A DNA stretch of 64,000 nt from Octopus sinensis (GCF_006345805.1 NC_043002.1:81530001-81594000), one strand, 5' to 3'. Numbered from the stretch's first letter, positions 24,248 to 39,294 are shown. Numbers and translations are program-made. The notes: a model not told the origin generated them from the sequence alone.

Positions 24248-24480
24248 AGGCGGCGAGCTGGCAGAAACGTTAGCACGCCGGGTGAAATGCCTAGCGGTAT
24301 TTCGTCTGCCGCTACGTTCTGAGTTCAAATTCCGCCGTGGTCGACTTTGCCTTTCATCCTTTCGGAGTCGATTAAATAAGTAACAGTTATGCACTGGGGT
24401 TGATATAATCGACTTAATCCGTTTGTCTGTCCTTGTTTGTCCCCTCTGTGTGTAGCCCCTTGTATGCAGTAAAGAAATAA
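24248..24480 (+). mobile_element. SINE-A
   Basis: Full-length family match. Confidence 0.9.
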
Positions 24481-25129
24481 GATGACAAATCGAGAAAGAC
24501 AGAGCGGTTCAGTTATAGTAGAAATATTCGTCTAATTTGGTTGTTGGAATCGGTCTTTAGCACAAAGTTAGGTCTTGAACGAGTTCGCCTATGGACAAAG
24601 GCGTTCCAACCGTGACAATGACATTTTTGCATGCATAATGTATCAAGGATTAAAGAGCATCGACTATGTCTACCTCACGAATCGAAGAGGATTGCAATGG
24701 CCAATGACACAGCGTTCAATGTCACAGACCAAAACACTATTTTTTTTAAATGTCTTCATTGATCAACGTCATTTTTCTTCATGGTGGGCTGTTGTTCGAG
24801 AGTGATTTAACTGCTATTTCTTGCAGGTCGAGCGACGATGCACATACCTCCTTGTTATTGTTGTTATTGAGCTTCAGGTTCAAGGTGGCGTATTGGCAGA
24901 ATCGTAAAAGTAGCGGACAAAATACTTTTTGGTATTTACTTACGACTCATTACGTTCTGAGATCAAATCCCGCTAAAGTCAACTTTACCTTTTCTACTTT
25001 GTGTAACGAATCGCCTCTTTGGGAACCAGCACTGGTGCCGCACAGTGCGTTGAATATATTGCTGTTGTTGCTATTTCTGTTGTTGTTGTTGTTATTATTC
25101 AAGCAAGCTCTCACAGCTTCCTGCTAGTC

Positions 25130-26023
25130 GGGCAATGCGGTCGGTGGAAGTTCCCCCATGGAGTGCTATAGGGGATTAGTGGCGAGCAAGAGCGACAATT
25201 TCCTCGGAGAAACTCTGGGCGTCGGGAGAGATCAATTAACTGGTCTTTTCCGGAGGACTTTCGGGCCGGGGCCTATGGGTAACTTCCAGAAATCCCGAGC
25301 CTGGCAGTGCTACCGGGAAGTTCTGCCGGTTCGAGACAAGCTCTACAGACACGGAAATGCTGTCAGACGAACCTGTCCAAGATGTTCGAAGGGCGACGAA
25401 ACCGTCCTGCACGCACTTGTCCAGTGTCCGTGCATTGCTGACACGTGGAGAGCTGTTATCACGTGTAGGATAGATCCGGTTATCAGCCGAGTCCATCGTG
25501 AAAATCGCCCTGCTGCCTTCCTTTGGCCGGGAAGGAAAGGCAGTTTTCCTCTGTCTGATGGCTATGGCGAATAAAGTAGTGTGGTGGACGAGATTGAATG
25601 GACTGAAGACAGATACTTTCCTCTTCGGCCAATCCCTCATCAACTTTTTCAAATTCTACTTGAAAAGGAAAGTGAGAGTAAAGAGGGAAGTTCTACCTCC
25701 AAGTAATTTTGTTGAAAGGTGTGTTTGTGCGGCGAGGATGATCCGTGTGAATGGGCCTACTCTGAACTTTTGTAAACCGGAGAGTGTTAAAAAAGAGAGA
25801 GACGCCTACTGAGGTGTATCTGGCGGTCAGGATAACCAGAATGTGTGGAGTTCCTCGGTTGTCCCTGTGAGGAACTTTCCCCTCTTGGGGATTTTTTTTT
25901 TTAATTATATTGTTGTCATTGTTATTTTTTGTTTACTCGATTTTTGTGTTAAACCCTACGTGTCCCCAGTTTTGTGTTGGCCCTATTTATTTTGTGTTCG
26001 GTCCTTATGGCCAATAAAGAAAC
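25130..26023 (+). mobile_element. Tx1/L1-clade LINE 3' fragment with 3' UTR
   Basis: Frameshifted ORFs 25158-25574 and 25498-25812 (FQKSRAWQCYREVLPVRDKLYRHG...CPRCSKGDETVLHALVQCP); ends ggccaataaagaaac followed by (TTA)n. Confidence 0.85.
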
Positions 26024-26045
26024 GGTTATTATTATTATCATCATC

Positions 26046-26082
<37 letters not shown>

Positions 26083-26103
26083 TATTATTATTATTATTAT
26101 TAC

Positions 26104-26306
26104 AGAATCGTTAGCACGCCGGACAAAGTGCTTAGCGGTATTTCGTCCGTCTGTACGTTCTGAGTTCAAATTCCGCCGACTCGACTTTGCCTTTCATCCT
26201 TTCGGGGTCGATAAATTAAGCACCAGTCGAGCACTGGGGTCGGTGTAATCGACTTGTCCCCTATCCCCAAATGTCAGGTCCTGTGCCTTTATTAGAAAGG
26301 ATTATT
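26104..26306 (+). mobile_element. SINE-A variant with alternative tail (ccccaaatgtcaggtcctgtgcc...agaaaggatta)
   Basis: Same head and core as SINE-A; 3' end differs. Confidence 0.8.
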
Positions 26307-26889
26307 ACAAATACCAATTAAGTAATGACGTCGGATTTCTAGACGCGTCTGACTCAAATTTTTGGCCTTGTATCAATATAAAAAGAACCATACAGGCCCA
26401 AGTTAACCCCGATGAAGTAGACATACGACTAAAGATCTTCCAGATTTGACCATCCTCCTTTTAGGAATGTCTGCGAAGATTTTTATAATCTATATTTTAT
26501 ATTCCTCTCTCGTAAGTGATAAGAGTGTTCTCTGAGGGAAATTTGGTTGCTATTTCTAGAATGTGAATGGATCCACATAGAAGCTCCCTCATTAGCTCGT
26601 TTGGTGCTTAGGGGGTGCCGAGATCGAGTATTAAAGAATTCTGTTGAATAGACTGACATGTTAATAAGGTGAATCACCAGTTCGATTCCAATTTCCGGCT
26701 ATGAGCAATTCATTTCATTTACTTACTTTCGCATATAATTTCGAAAAAGGCATCCATAGCACACAGTCTTATTTCTTGTGTTCTTTTAATAAATCTTGGG
26801 ATTTATACCAATGTGGACAGTTCGATGTTGATATGTCGAAGGAGAAAGGCATGGTTGTCACACATGCCCAATTTACACTCCGTCGTTAT

Positions 26890-26925
<36 letters not shown>

Positions 26926-26949
26926 GTGCGTGTGATGGACCATTCTGCT

Positions 26950-27068
26950 AATGTAAGAAAATAGCATTGACGTCATCATCGTTGTCCTCATCATCATCAT
27001 GATCATCACCATCATCGTCATCGTCATCAGCAGCAGCAGCATCGTTGTCCTCCTCCTCCTCCTCCTCC

Positions 27069-27109
<41 letters not shown>

Positions 27110-27252
27110 GTCGTCGTCGTCACCGACATGTTGTCGCCGTCGTATTATCAACGTCGTTATCATCATCATCATCATTATCATCATCATCATCATCATCATC
27201 ATTTAACAAAGAACACAGCAGCAACAGCAACATCGGCAGTAGTACTACTAGT

Positions 27253-27283
<31 letters not shown>

Positions 27284-27293
27284 ATAGTAGTAG

Positions 27294-27341
<48 letters not shown>

Positions 27342-27581
27342 CAGCAGCAGCAGCAGCAGTAATTGTAGTAGCAGTAGCAGCAGCAGTGGCTGTATCGTTC
27401 TAACCATCAATATTTCCAATATCATATTCATTATCTTCATTACTGTGGTTTTTAACAATATTATCATGTCCATCTCAACAAGTTGGCTGTGCATACTTTC
27501 AAAAAGCCAGCCACTGTTATAATGCTTTCGACGATAATCTATGAACGTAGGTATGCACATATATACATACATACATACGTG

Positions 27582-27672
<91 letters not shown>

Positions 27673-27694
27673 TATATATATATACATATATATG

Positions 27695-27725
<31 letters not shown>

Positions 27726-28015
27726 ATTTATGTATGTACGTATGTATGTATGTATATCTGTGCGTGTGTGCGCGCTCGTCGTGTGTGTATATGTACACAT
27801 AAATATCTAATAAGCTCACAAGTTATGTGCGTATATATATGTGATTGTATGTGTGTATATATGTATATATACATATATATATACACATGTAAGTATATAT
27901 ATATATATGCATATATATGTATATATATATGTATATATGTATACATATGTATATATATATATGTGTGTATATATATATATATATATGTGTGTGTGTATAT
28001 ATATATATGTATGTA

Positions 28016-28056
<41 letters not shown>

Positions 28057-28654
28057 TACAACAGCAGCATATTATGATCACTTCGCGATATCAATGCTTA
28101 CGTGTGTATACATCCATAAGCATTCATATACATTCATTCGTTCGTTCGTTCATTCATACATACATACCATACAAACGTATATCTATATATCTATCTCTAT
28201 ATGTTATATACATATATAACATTTATATGTGTGCATATATATATCTATGTATGTATATACATATATATATAAATATATGTACATATATATAAATATATAT
28301 ACATGTATGTATAAAATATATATATGTATGTATATTATATATATATATATATATAACTTTGTATATTTGTATTCATATACGTACCACATCGCCGTATCAT
28401 CCTCATATCCTCGTATATTTGTTTGTAGTTTATTGATGATAGTGTTTGCGTGACTTTTCGATTTTCTGCGGTCTCTTTGATGTCGCCAAACATTAGGGGT
28501 ATATCAGTATATCAAAGCTGAGGAATCGTTTCATCTAACTCCATTCTAAGCAGCTAAATTTATCTCTTGCTAAGCATCAATTTAGCTACAGAAGCTGGAT
28601 ATTAAACGCTGAGCATTTTGTAATTAGCTGCAGATAATAATAATAATAATAACG

Positions 28655-28705
<51 letters not shown>

Positions 28706-28893
28706 TAATAATAACATAATAATAATAACTAATAATAAAATAATAATAATAATAATAATAATATAATAATAATATAATAATAATAATAATAATAACGATA
28801 ATAATAATAATAATATAATAATATAATATATAATATAATAATAATGATAATAATAATAAATAATAATAATAATAACATAATAATAATAATAAC

Positions 28894-28944
<51 letters not shown>

Positions 28945-29279
28945 TAATAATAATATAATAATAATATATTCAGCGCACTGTGCGGCACCAATGCTGGTTC
29001 ACAAAGAGGCAGTTTGTTACACCGCTGGTTTAGATAAGCAAAATTCTCGATATATCATCATTAATATTTGATAATTTTCTACCATGATAATAACGCTACC
29101 AACATCACCAGCATCGACCAACAACAGGAAGAAGAAGAAGAAGAAGACGAACAAGAACAACAACAACAGCAACTGAGCGTAACTGATATCGACGACGACG
29201 AGGTCCATGACGTGGAAGAGGAGGAAGAGGAGGAAGAGAATGAGGGGGAGGAAGTGGTGGAGGGGTGATGATGATGAGA

Positions 29280-29313
<34 letters not shown>

Positions 29314-29520
29314 GGTGGTGGTGGTGGTGGTGGTGGTGGTGGTGGTGGTGATGATGATGATGATGATGATGATGATGACGATGATGATATCGCACGGGGG
29401 CGGTGATGTAAGCGGAGAATAAACAGAAGGGATATTAATAATGATGACAAAAATGATAGCGATATTAACAACAGAAACAAAAACAACACCAATACCAACA
29501 ACAATAACAACAACTTTATT
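26950..29520. repeat. Large compound microsatellite region (CAT, TAG, TA, AAT, GGT, GAT arrays)
   Basis: Direct reading. Confidence 0.9.
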
Positions 29521-29784
29521 GAAAATAATAATATCAATAATTTCTTAATTATTTATGAACGTTCAGACTAGAATTGTTTTGTTCGGAGATTCGGTGTATC
29601 AGCTTGAATCAAAATGCGAACTTGCAACCAATGAATCATGGAATCGGGCATAGCTCTTTGAAATCTATTAAGTCGCCCTCCGTTATATTTCATTCTTGCC
29701 TCTAAGGAATTACGTTGGTCAGAAGCGATGGCTACAACGCTTCTCGGTTAACACGCAACAAGCAAAACATACTGGTTGCACATT

Positions 29785-29929
29785 TTGGCACAAGGCCAAC
29801 GATTTCGAGGCCGGGTGTAGGTTGATTATATTGACCCCCAGAGGAATGTGGACCCAATACGTAAGGACGGACAAAACACCGCTAAACATTTTACCCGGCG
29901 TGTTAACTACTCTGCTAGTTCGCCGCCTT
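29785..29929 (-). mobile_element. Old, internally deleted SINE-A-type copy
   Basis: Ends ctgctagttcgccgcctt; tail ttggcacaaggcc shared with the 34712 copy. Confidence 0.6.
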
Positions 29930-29944
29930 ACATATAAGAAATTT

Positions 29945-30250
29945 ATTTCTTTTATTTATGCGCCCTTTTCAAGCCTAGCTAGGCTCATGGGTCCGGTTTC
30001 CCGGTTTCTGTGGCGTATGTGCCCCCCCCCACCCGGCTGGACGGGACGCTAGTCCATCGTAGCGTTACTCAAGAAACAGAAAGAGAGGGTGAAAGACAGT
30101 TGGCGCGAAAGAGTACAACAGGGGTCGCCACCACGCCCTGCCGGGACTCGTGGAGCTTTAGGTGTTTTCGCTCAATAAACACACACAACTCCCGGTCTGG
30201 GAATCGAAACCGCGAGTCCGCTGCTCTAACCACTGGGCCATTGCACCACC
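29945..30250 (-). mobile_element. tRNA-Arg-like-headed SINE with an alternative tail
   Basis: Head near-identical to the 46280 copy (tggcccagtggttag.gcagcggactcgcgg...cccagaccggg); tail gcgtcccgtccag...gaaaccgggaaaccgg differs. Confidence 0.75.
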
Positions 30251-30687
30251 ACACAGAGTTGTAACGCTGTTTGATTTTTCCTTTTCTTGAATGTTCATCA
30301 TCCCACTTCCATTGCACACACAAACACACACACACACACACATTCATACACACATTCACATACCTCTCTTTAACATACACATGCATATACTCACACAGAG
30401 TTGAAACGCTGTTTGATTTCCTATCACTCCTTCCTTATTCATCTATCACCCCTTCCTTTCTCATTCATATGTTGTGACGGAGAAAAACACAAGTGTATTA
30501 TTATAGCAGAAGATACACGATGCGCTCTTTGCTTCTGCCTCTCCATCATTGCTACTACTTTCTCTCACTCCCCCTCAGTCATGGCTATTACTCTCACTAC
30601 TTCTCCTTCACTGAATTATTATTTTCTCTCCTCCCCCTTCACGTATACTACTCTTTCTCGTACTCCCTCCTGCGTGATTTTACACAA

Positions 30688-30735
<48 letters not shown>

Positions 30736-30789
30736 ACTACGCTCGTTATTATATTAGGAGATTACTGTCTCGAGTCATAGAACACTTAG

Positions 30790-31026
30790 TCCTGGTTACC
30801 CGGTTTCCGCGGTGTAGAAGACATCGCAATCACAACAATTTCCTTGAAATGGACCGCAGTCCGTTGCAAGGTTGCTCATTTACAGCTGACAAACAGAACC
30901 AACGTTAAATGAAGTGTTCTGCACAAGAACACAGCACAGAACAACACTCGCTCCGGGATACAAAACCACGGCGTTGCGATCGTGAACGCAACCCAACACC
31001 CTAACCACTAGGCCACGTGCCTTCAC
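30790..31026 (-). mobile_element. tRNA-headed CORE-like SINE
   Basis: Head gtgaaggcacgtggcctagtggttaggg; central tgtgttcttgtgcagaacacttcatttaacg. Confidence 0.7.
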
Positions 31027-31697
31027 ATATTTCTGTGTAGACATATTAAATAGATAAAATACTGTAAAACACTATACATAATATACATTTTGCCACAAAT
31101 ACATATATAAGGTTTAGGGTACCTTTTATATACATGGTATTAGGCTATAAAGTTTTTTCCCTCACTTAATAACCAAAAATACAATTTGTGTAATAAAACT
31201 TTATCATTTTCAAATTATATTTTTTATGATATATAACAATTTATTGTACATAAAACGAAATATAAAAACTAATACGGTAGATTATAGCAGATTATCTACT
31301 CATGTTGTAGTTGTTTAAAACTGTGTGTTATACACGGAATTTTAACATTTTAAAAAGAAGTTAGGCACAAAAATGTGTGCGTGTACATACATACATGCAC
31401 ACACACATGTAAAAATATAGGTATATGTGTAAGTATGTGTGTGTGCGAATGTGTCAGTGTGTATGTTTGTATGTATGTATGTATGTATGTATGTATACAT
31501 ATATCAATTGAAGAAGCAGGACAAGAGGAGAGACATGAGACAGAGAGTCGCTGATGAGGTTACAGAATGCGTGACGAAAGACTTTGACGGACGTATAAAC
31601 TAAATATAATACAAAAAAACAAAAGCGAAGATCGAATGAATAGTGCATGGGTTTAATTGGCAAAAAAATGACTATCCCCAAATGACCATCCCCAAAC

Positions 31698-31749
<52 letters not shown>

Positions 31750-31756
31750 TAATATA

Positions 31757-31792
<36 letters not shown>

Positions 31793-31829
31793 TGCAGTAG
31801 TATTAGTATATATATACGCACGCACACAT

Positions 31830-31869
<40 letters not shown>

Positions 31870-32704
31870 GTGCATACATATATATAGGCGTCGGTTGGGT
31901 GTGTTGGGGTGCAAGCTTGGATGTCTGGCAACACGTTCGCTTTTCAACAACTTGGTTCCGGATTCAGTTCATACTACTGCGTGGAACCTTGGTCTGGCGA
32001 TAGAATAAGTACCAGGCTTGATTCGTTCGACTATAACCATCAAGGCGGTGCTCCAGCAAAGCCTGGCTGCAATCCAGTAACTGAAACAAGTGAAAGATAA
32101 AAAGAAAGACACATACCCATAATTGAATGAGCAAACTAAAGAAAATAGCACTCAATACATTGGGTTGGAGTTATGTGTATTTAATAGCAGCTTGACTCAG
32201 AGACACATTACTTAAAGTGCCATGGGTGTAAGACACGTCCATCTCATCAATTTCGTACATATACATACATTCATATTCAGATATACGATGGATTCTCTCG
32301 TCGAGGATGGCAAATGAGAGTTCAGTAAAATAAATCGGTAATCATGTTCTATGGACACACATGTTTCTTGAGGATTGCTGGTGCTTTGCAAACCTTTTGG
32401 CCAATGGAACAAGTTGAGGACTCAGTTTGTCTGAGTACTTGTGTATCATTTACTATGTGTTTTCCTGAGTGGACGACAAGGCCTGCTTTGCTCCATGTCG
32501 CAAAACCACAATGATAAGTAAGGTTTTCATTTAGAGGAGAGGCGTTCTGCCAGCGTACCTTCATGGTTGCATGAAGTAGGTCCCAATGCTGGAGTCGACT
32601 TTGCTCAAATCTTTGAACTAAGGAGTAGCAGGGCTGGTGCCAAGTCCTGTGTTCTGATGCTTTGTTTTCCCAGGAAGATATATAATACAAACATATATAC
32701 ACAT

Positions 32705-32908
32705 ATACAGGGAGAGTTTACGAAAAAAACAAAAGACGAAGACAGGTGGTGTACAAAACAGATGTATTAGTATAACGCTCAGGAATAGAAAAAGTATTTT
32801 ACGTTTCGAGCCTACGCTCTTCTACAGAAAGGGACACAGACAGAAAAAACAAGGAGAGAAACAAGGAGAGAAAAAAATGTGTGTAGTGGCTAACGGTCTA
32901 TCATGGCG
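32705..32908 (-). mobile_element. Short HHR-bearing repeat (family F3)
   Basis: Motif TTT-CTGTAGA-A-GAGC-gtag-GCTC-GAAACGT-A-AAA at 32797-32830 (minus); homologous to 20737-20930. Confidence 0.7.
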
Positions 32909-34399
32909 ACTAGTGCCGGACAGAAGGGTCAAACATGGGGAGCAAAGTAGGGGAGATAACAAGGTGACTCATACATATACACACGTATTGTTGAGTACTT
33001 GTATGATAGACATCAGTCTCACTGTTAGATATTATATCTCAAGTGTTAAAATATCTGTTCATAAATCATAAATTCACAACAGGAACTTCAATGTGCTTTA
33101 TTTCTTCTGTTAAAACACCATATTCCTCAGTTTCTCAGTAAGAACATTATTCCGCCGGAAATATAACCTTCAGTAAACCGGAGTATCTCCAAAGACTAAT
33201 CTGAATCACGCAATGAATTTTAGAGCTCAGCAATGGTCCTTAAAGCCCCACACTCGTAGTTCAAAGCTAATTTTCGATTTATTTTACCCTTGTAATTGAG
33301 GATAGGGTAACATCATGTACAATAAAACTAACAATCTAAAGGCTGCGGATACGAGCCATAGAGGGGGTACTGATGGAGGCTTGTCGGCTAGAAATAGCAG
33401 TCAAACCTCCCCTTAATTCACATCCTATTATCTAAAATAAGAAAAGGAATATATTAGGTAATATAGTGAAAGAAAACTAAAAAAAAAAACAATAGATAGG
33501 GTGTTCAGTTCTGGTATACATAGAATTTGAAATAGGTCTTTTCGATTAGGATGTGACCAGAGAATAGAGAACCACAATAAAATTGATGTGAGACACGTTC
33601 CAATCAATACTAGTATACTCATCACCACCACCACTAATACTATTACCAGTAGCATGACCGTTGCTATTGTCATCATCACTATCACTATCGCCACCATCAC
33701 CAACACCACCGCCATTACCATCGACACCACCACCACACCACCGTCAACACTATCAATACCACCACCACCTTCAACACCATCGATTCAACACTGCCGCTAT
33801 CAACGCTCTTCGCGTCACCGCCGCCGCCGCCGCTTCCAACACGATCACCAGTTCAATTGCTGTTGTGATCCTCCGTCCACAATAACTATAATCCTCACCA
33901 CGAGTACCATCACCTCCAAGAACGACAACAACAACAACAATAGCTCAATACCATCACCACCACCACTACTACTACTACGTCCGTCTCTAACACGTGCCTC
34001 GACCAGAAACATCGATCACCTTTCTAACCAAAAATTATTCTTACTTACTACAAGGTGGAACCAAGCAATTTTGAAACGGTCTATAGTTATATAGCTTAAG
34101 CACACCCTTCAACTCTCTTTCTCCATTATACAAACTGTCATTATATGTCAATTATTGGCCCTCCTAAATATAACGATGTTGATTCACTATTCGATGTTGT
34201 CTTATATTAAAATACTTCTTAAGCTCCCTGTTACACTTGTTATGTTCCGACACTGTTTAAGCTAACGTTTCGAAAATACTCCATTAATGGATTGGCATTA
34301 TTTGGGGGAATTCTTTCTTCTTCGTAGTTTAGACTAGATGGTCTGTCTTGCTTCTTCTCATCAATTTGTCAGTCTGTCAGGCTGTTTGTCTGTATGCCT

Positions 34400-34499
34400 N
34401 NNNNNNNNNNNNNNNNNNNNNNNNNNNNNNNNNNNNNNNNNNNNNNNNNNNNNNNNNNNNNNNNNNNNNNNNNNNNNNNNNNNNNNNNNNNNNNNNNNN
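34400..34499. other. Assembly gap (100 N)
   Basis: Run of n characters. Confidence 1.
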
Positions 34500-34711
34500 G
34501 AGCAGGCTGTTCCGTTGATCAGATCAATGGGAATCTTCGGCAGTAGTTCTTATATTTGAAATAGAGGTACACCCTAAAGCAAAGCAACAATATACTTTTT
34601 TAGTATACTTGGCAACAGGTGTTGGATTGTTTATGACACCGTAACATAACGTTTACGCAAATGAGTCTGCAAAATATCCAGGAAACAAAATTTGTAAATG
34701 AATAAATATTG

Positions 34712-34923
34712 CTTTCAAACGTTGGCACAAGGCCAGCAATTGTTGTGGAGAGTGTAAGTTGATTACATCAACCCCAGTGCTCGACTGGTACTTATTTAAT
34801 TGAATCCGAAAGGATGGAAGGCAATGTCGACTCTGCCAGCATTTGAACTCAGAGCGTAAAGTCGGAAGAAATGCCACTAAGAATATTTTCGGGGCTGTAA
34901 CGATTCTGCCAGCTCACAGGCCT
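34712..34923 (-). mobile_element. SINE-A-type copy with 17-bp TSD
   Basis: taaatgaataaatattg at 34695-34711 and 34924-34940. Confidence 0.8.
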
Positions 34924-35205
34924 TAAATGAATAAATATTGGGGGCAATTTAATTGGCTAAAGTCCTCAACATGGTGCCCCAGTATGGCCGCAGTCCAATG
35001 AAAAATAGAACCAATTAAAAGACCAGGTTTCGGAAAAGTTGGTGGAAGAAATATAAAAATACATACCCCACAAAAAAAATTATTATTATTATTATAATTA
35101 TCCTTGTTCCCAAATTAAAATATCTGCAAAGTAATGAAATTAAGTTTGAGAGAAAGAGAGAGAATGAAAAAGAGAGCGGAGAAGAGAAAAAAGAGACAGT
35201 GAGAG

Positions 35206-35243
<38 letters not shown>

Positions 35244-35527
35244 AAGAGAGAGACCTTTCGACTTGTCAGACCTCTCAATGAAAGTTATCACTAAATCTAA
35301 CGAGATTTATAATGGTATATAGCTTCTTTTACTAACGGACCTCCATTTTACAATTTACAGAAATGAGTCGTGTCTTTCCTTAAATTAAATATATAAAATG
35401 TTCATGTTTCTATTTATTAAATCCTATTAATGGTTTTCTCTGCTGCCTCTTCTGGGAAATGGTAGAGAAGAAGAAATACAAGAAATACGAATTTTATTCT
35501 TCGAGTTACTTTCTTTTTGTTGCTATA

Positions 35528-35684
<157 letters not shown>

Positions 35685-36372
35685 TATATAAATATATATA
35701 GTACACGCATGCAAACACAATACATACATTCATAAGTACATACATACACACATAATACATAATATATATACATATTTGTCTATGTACAAACACATACGTA
35801 CATATGTTGAATTCATAGAATTTTAGTTTATTTTCATTATTTTTGTGGATAGTGCCATTTTCGGAATCTATTCTCAACATGGCGGGGTTTTGTTAATGAT
35901 TCTGCTATTAACGTTTTAAAAGATGTTAGCAATCATATAAGTAATAAAGACGGTATCTCTTTTCATTTTTTTAATTTCTTTTTCGCTTTCGTTCTCTTTT
36001 ATATATATATATATACTTGTCATGAATACTGTCTGTTTTTTGCGTGTTTGTTTATTTGCTTGCTTATTTCTTTCTTTTATTTAAATTATAAGTTAGTCAA
36101 ATTTTTTTTTTTTCATATACATTTATTCATTTTTATTTTTCTAAATTGAAATATCCAGACCTTCGATTGGTTGAATATAACTAATGGAAATTATATATAA
36201 GTAGTTATTCTGGATGCTTTAGATTGATAATAATAAAGTAATAATAATAATAATAAAATAATAATAATAATAATAATAATATAATAATATAATAATAATA
36301 TAATAATGATGAGATGATGATGATGATGAGAATGGTGATGATGATAATAACAGCCAACAACAACAGCAATAA

Positions 36373-36427
<55 letters not shown>

Positions 36428-36633
36428 TTTTTATATGTATTTAAATTTTATTTTAGTGGTTCTTGTGTACTTTTGTTGGCTATGATTTCTGGAGAGTTTT
36501 TCCTAAGTTTTATTTGCCTTTTTCTCATTGGGGTACTTGGAATAGGTTTTAAGTATCATTATTAACTGCTGAGTGTTCTCACAAATTTATCCTAATATGG
36601 ATCTCCTTAATTCTGAACTATCAGTTATATACC

Positions 36634-36701
<68 letters not shown>

Positions 36702-36727
36702 TATTCTTGTTGTTGCTATCATTATTA

Positions 36728-36767
<40 letters not shown>

Positions 36768-37299
36768 CATTATTGTTGTTGTTGTTTTGTTCATGTCGTT
36801 GTTGCCGTTGTTGTTATCCATCTTATATATTGTTGATACACAAGGTATTTATATTAATGTGCGAAAACATTAATCTATCTAAATACATTTCTAATTAACG
36901 AAAGGCAGTGACAAAAACGTAGATCAAAATGATTCAATGAAAATCTAGAAAGAAAATGTTCAACAATCTTCTAATTTTGATTAATTAGTTGAGATTGTAG
37001 TGTATGTGGGTAGATATAAATTATCTCCAAACTTCTATTTTGTTTTGTGGAGAAAGGAGGGATGATGAATTTTACGAATGGCCTATATTGAGTACTTTTA
37101 ATATTTATGATTTTGCATACATATAGAACAACAGCAGACCTATACACACATATTTCAAGCTTTCATAAAAAAGCTCAAACGAATTACATACGAAAAGCGC
37201 TTATACAGTAAAATATATCCCATCATATTCTATTGTCTACTGCCATAGTTGTGTCAGAAGCTCAAGCCACGCTTATAGCATTTGACTGGTTTAGAAGCA

Positions 37300-37740
37300 A
37301 ATAAAAATTCTTTGCACCTTGACCTTTTGGTCAAACCGCCCTTATTTGACAACAGGTTCTAATGCCTGGCCGAAACGAAACCACTGATTTCTCTCGTCAT
37401 GATTCATTTTTGCATTTTCAATTACAATTCCATGCCGAAAACAAGCATCTCGGTGATTTCCCAGCAGTTGCTTGCAAATGTTGACACGCCGTTCAGCCTG
37501 GTCATTGGTCAGTTCATGAGGAACTTCTTAATAGCGTCTGTTCGCAAGGCCGAGCTTATGAAGGTGCCCACTGATGATGCTTTGTGAAGGGTAAAGGACC
37601 AAGTTCTACCGACAATGTACAAGTGCTTATGCTTGGCTGTTATTCAATCATTTCAGGCAAGGCTTAATCTTTCACAACCTTGATTTGTCATCGTAGCTGG
37701 TGTCACCTTCTTTGAAACATCTCGTTTTCTGCCACTCTTA
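37300..37740 (-). pseudogene. Degenerate mariner transposase remnant
   Basis: Frameshifted CFKEGDTSYDDK and HLHKLGLANRRY*EVPHELTNDQAERRVNICKQLL, typical of the mariner linker region (WVPHEL). Confidence 0.65.
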
Positions 37741-38151
37741 TAACGTAGAGAAAGAGACAGAGAGAAACAGGTACAGAGCGCGCTTGAGCGGTGTGTAAGT
37801 GCGAACACAAGTGTGTTCAAAGTAAATGAAATTTAATTTATGCGAATCCAACTTCATTTAATGACAGCTAATGCTTAAATGTCACGCTTATTAACATATA
37901 TTTCCAATCGTATAAATAAAAAAAAACTTAAAGTAATTACAATAATGTATATGTGACAGTAGGCCCCAGCGGGTAGTGTTTTTCGTGCGAGCATAAGCTA
38001 CGATAAGCAGATGCCCTAAAATTTACTTACCGGGTTTATGTCGTGCAGCGTAAAGCAATATACATACATGTATGCTACCTACTTCACGTATTATATCAAC
38101 GTACCTCTATGATTACCTCTCTGTTTTTCTATTGGTCTCTCTATCTTCTTT

Positions 38152-38212
<61 letters not shown>

Positions 38213-38905
38213 CAGGTGTTGGACAAAATAATGGAAACACTTTAAAGTTTCAAACAAACTTATTTTAATATGGGGTAAGACCGCCTTGGGCAGTAGTTAC
38301 AGCTTGAATTCTATGAGGTATGGACTCGTACACAGTTTGAATTGTTTCCAATGGAATTTTTCTCCATTCTTCGGCTAAAACAGTCTCCAGTTTTATGTGA
38401 TGATGGTGGAGGATATCAAATCCTTACTTGTTTTTCTAAAATGCACCAAAAATGTTCAATAATATTGAGATCAAGAAAATGTGGTGGCCAAATAAAATGT
38501 TCAACTTCACTAGAATGTTCCTCGTGCCATTCAGTAACAACTTTAGCTGTGTAAATTGGTGCATTATCATCCTGAAAGATTGCGTCTCCCTCTGGAAAAA
38601 GTTCCCAGACAGTACTTCTTGATACACCGAACATTTCGGCATTTTTCGTTATGCCAGCGCCTGTCATACGAGCACCAACAATTTGACCTCTTTGAAAGTC
38701 CGATAGACCTATCACTTTAATAAATTTTAATTACCTTTTTCTGATAATATCTGAAAAGAAACAGCAATTTTAGCAAAACATATTAAGCAACACGAATAAG
38801 AAATATAAAAAATATAAAAATAAACGAGCTTTTCACGGTTTTATAGATATTTCAAAATTATGATGCTATGATGCTAGGTGTTTTTATTATTTTGTCCAGA
38901 CCCTG
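38213..38905 (-). mobile_element. Internally deleted Tc1-type transposon
   Basis: TIR-like caggtgttggacaaaataat / cagggtctggacaaaataat; ORF 38416-38715 joins the HTH (LSDFQRGQIVGAR...FGVSRSTV) to IFQDDNAP...WPPHFLDLNIIEH (DD34E-type). Confidence 0.8.
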
Positions 38906-38906
38906 A

Positions 38907-38951
<45 letters not shown>

Positions 38952-39019
38952 ACACGCACACGCACAAACACACACTCACACACACACACACACACACACA
39001 CACCACACACACACACATA

Positions 39020-39063
<44 letters not shown>

Positions 39064-39294
39064 TATATATACATATATATACACACATATATATATTATA
39101 TACATATGTATATATACATATATATTTGTATAAAGATATATATATATATATATATAGTTATACATATACATGTATATATGTATACATACATATATATATA
39201 TATATTATATATATATATATAGTTATACATATGTATGTATATATGTATATATAAAATATATATATATATATAATATAATATATATATATATATA

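Noticed and set aside
32349-32702. 117-aa non-repetitive minus-strand ORF
   Set aside because: No recognisable motif; only a vague resemblance to LINE RT that I cannot substantiate.
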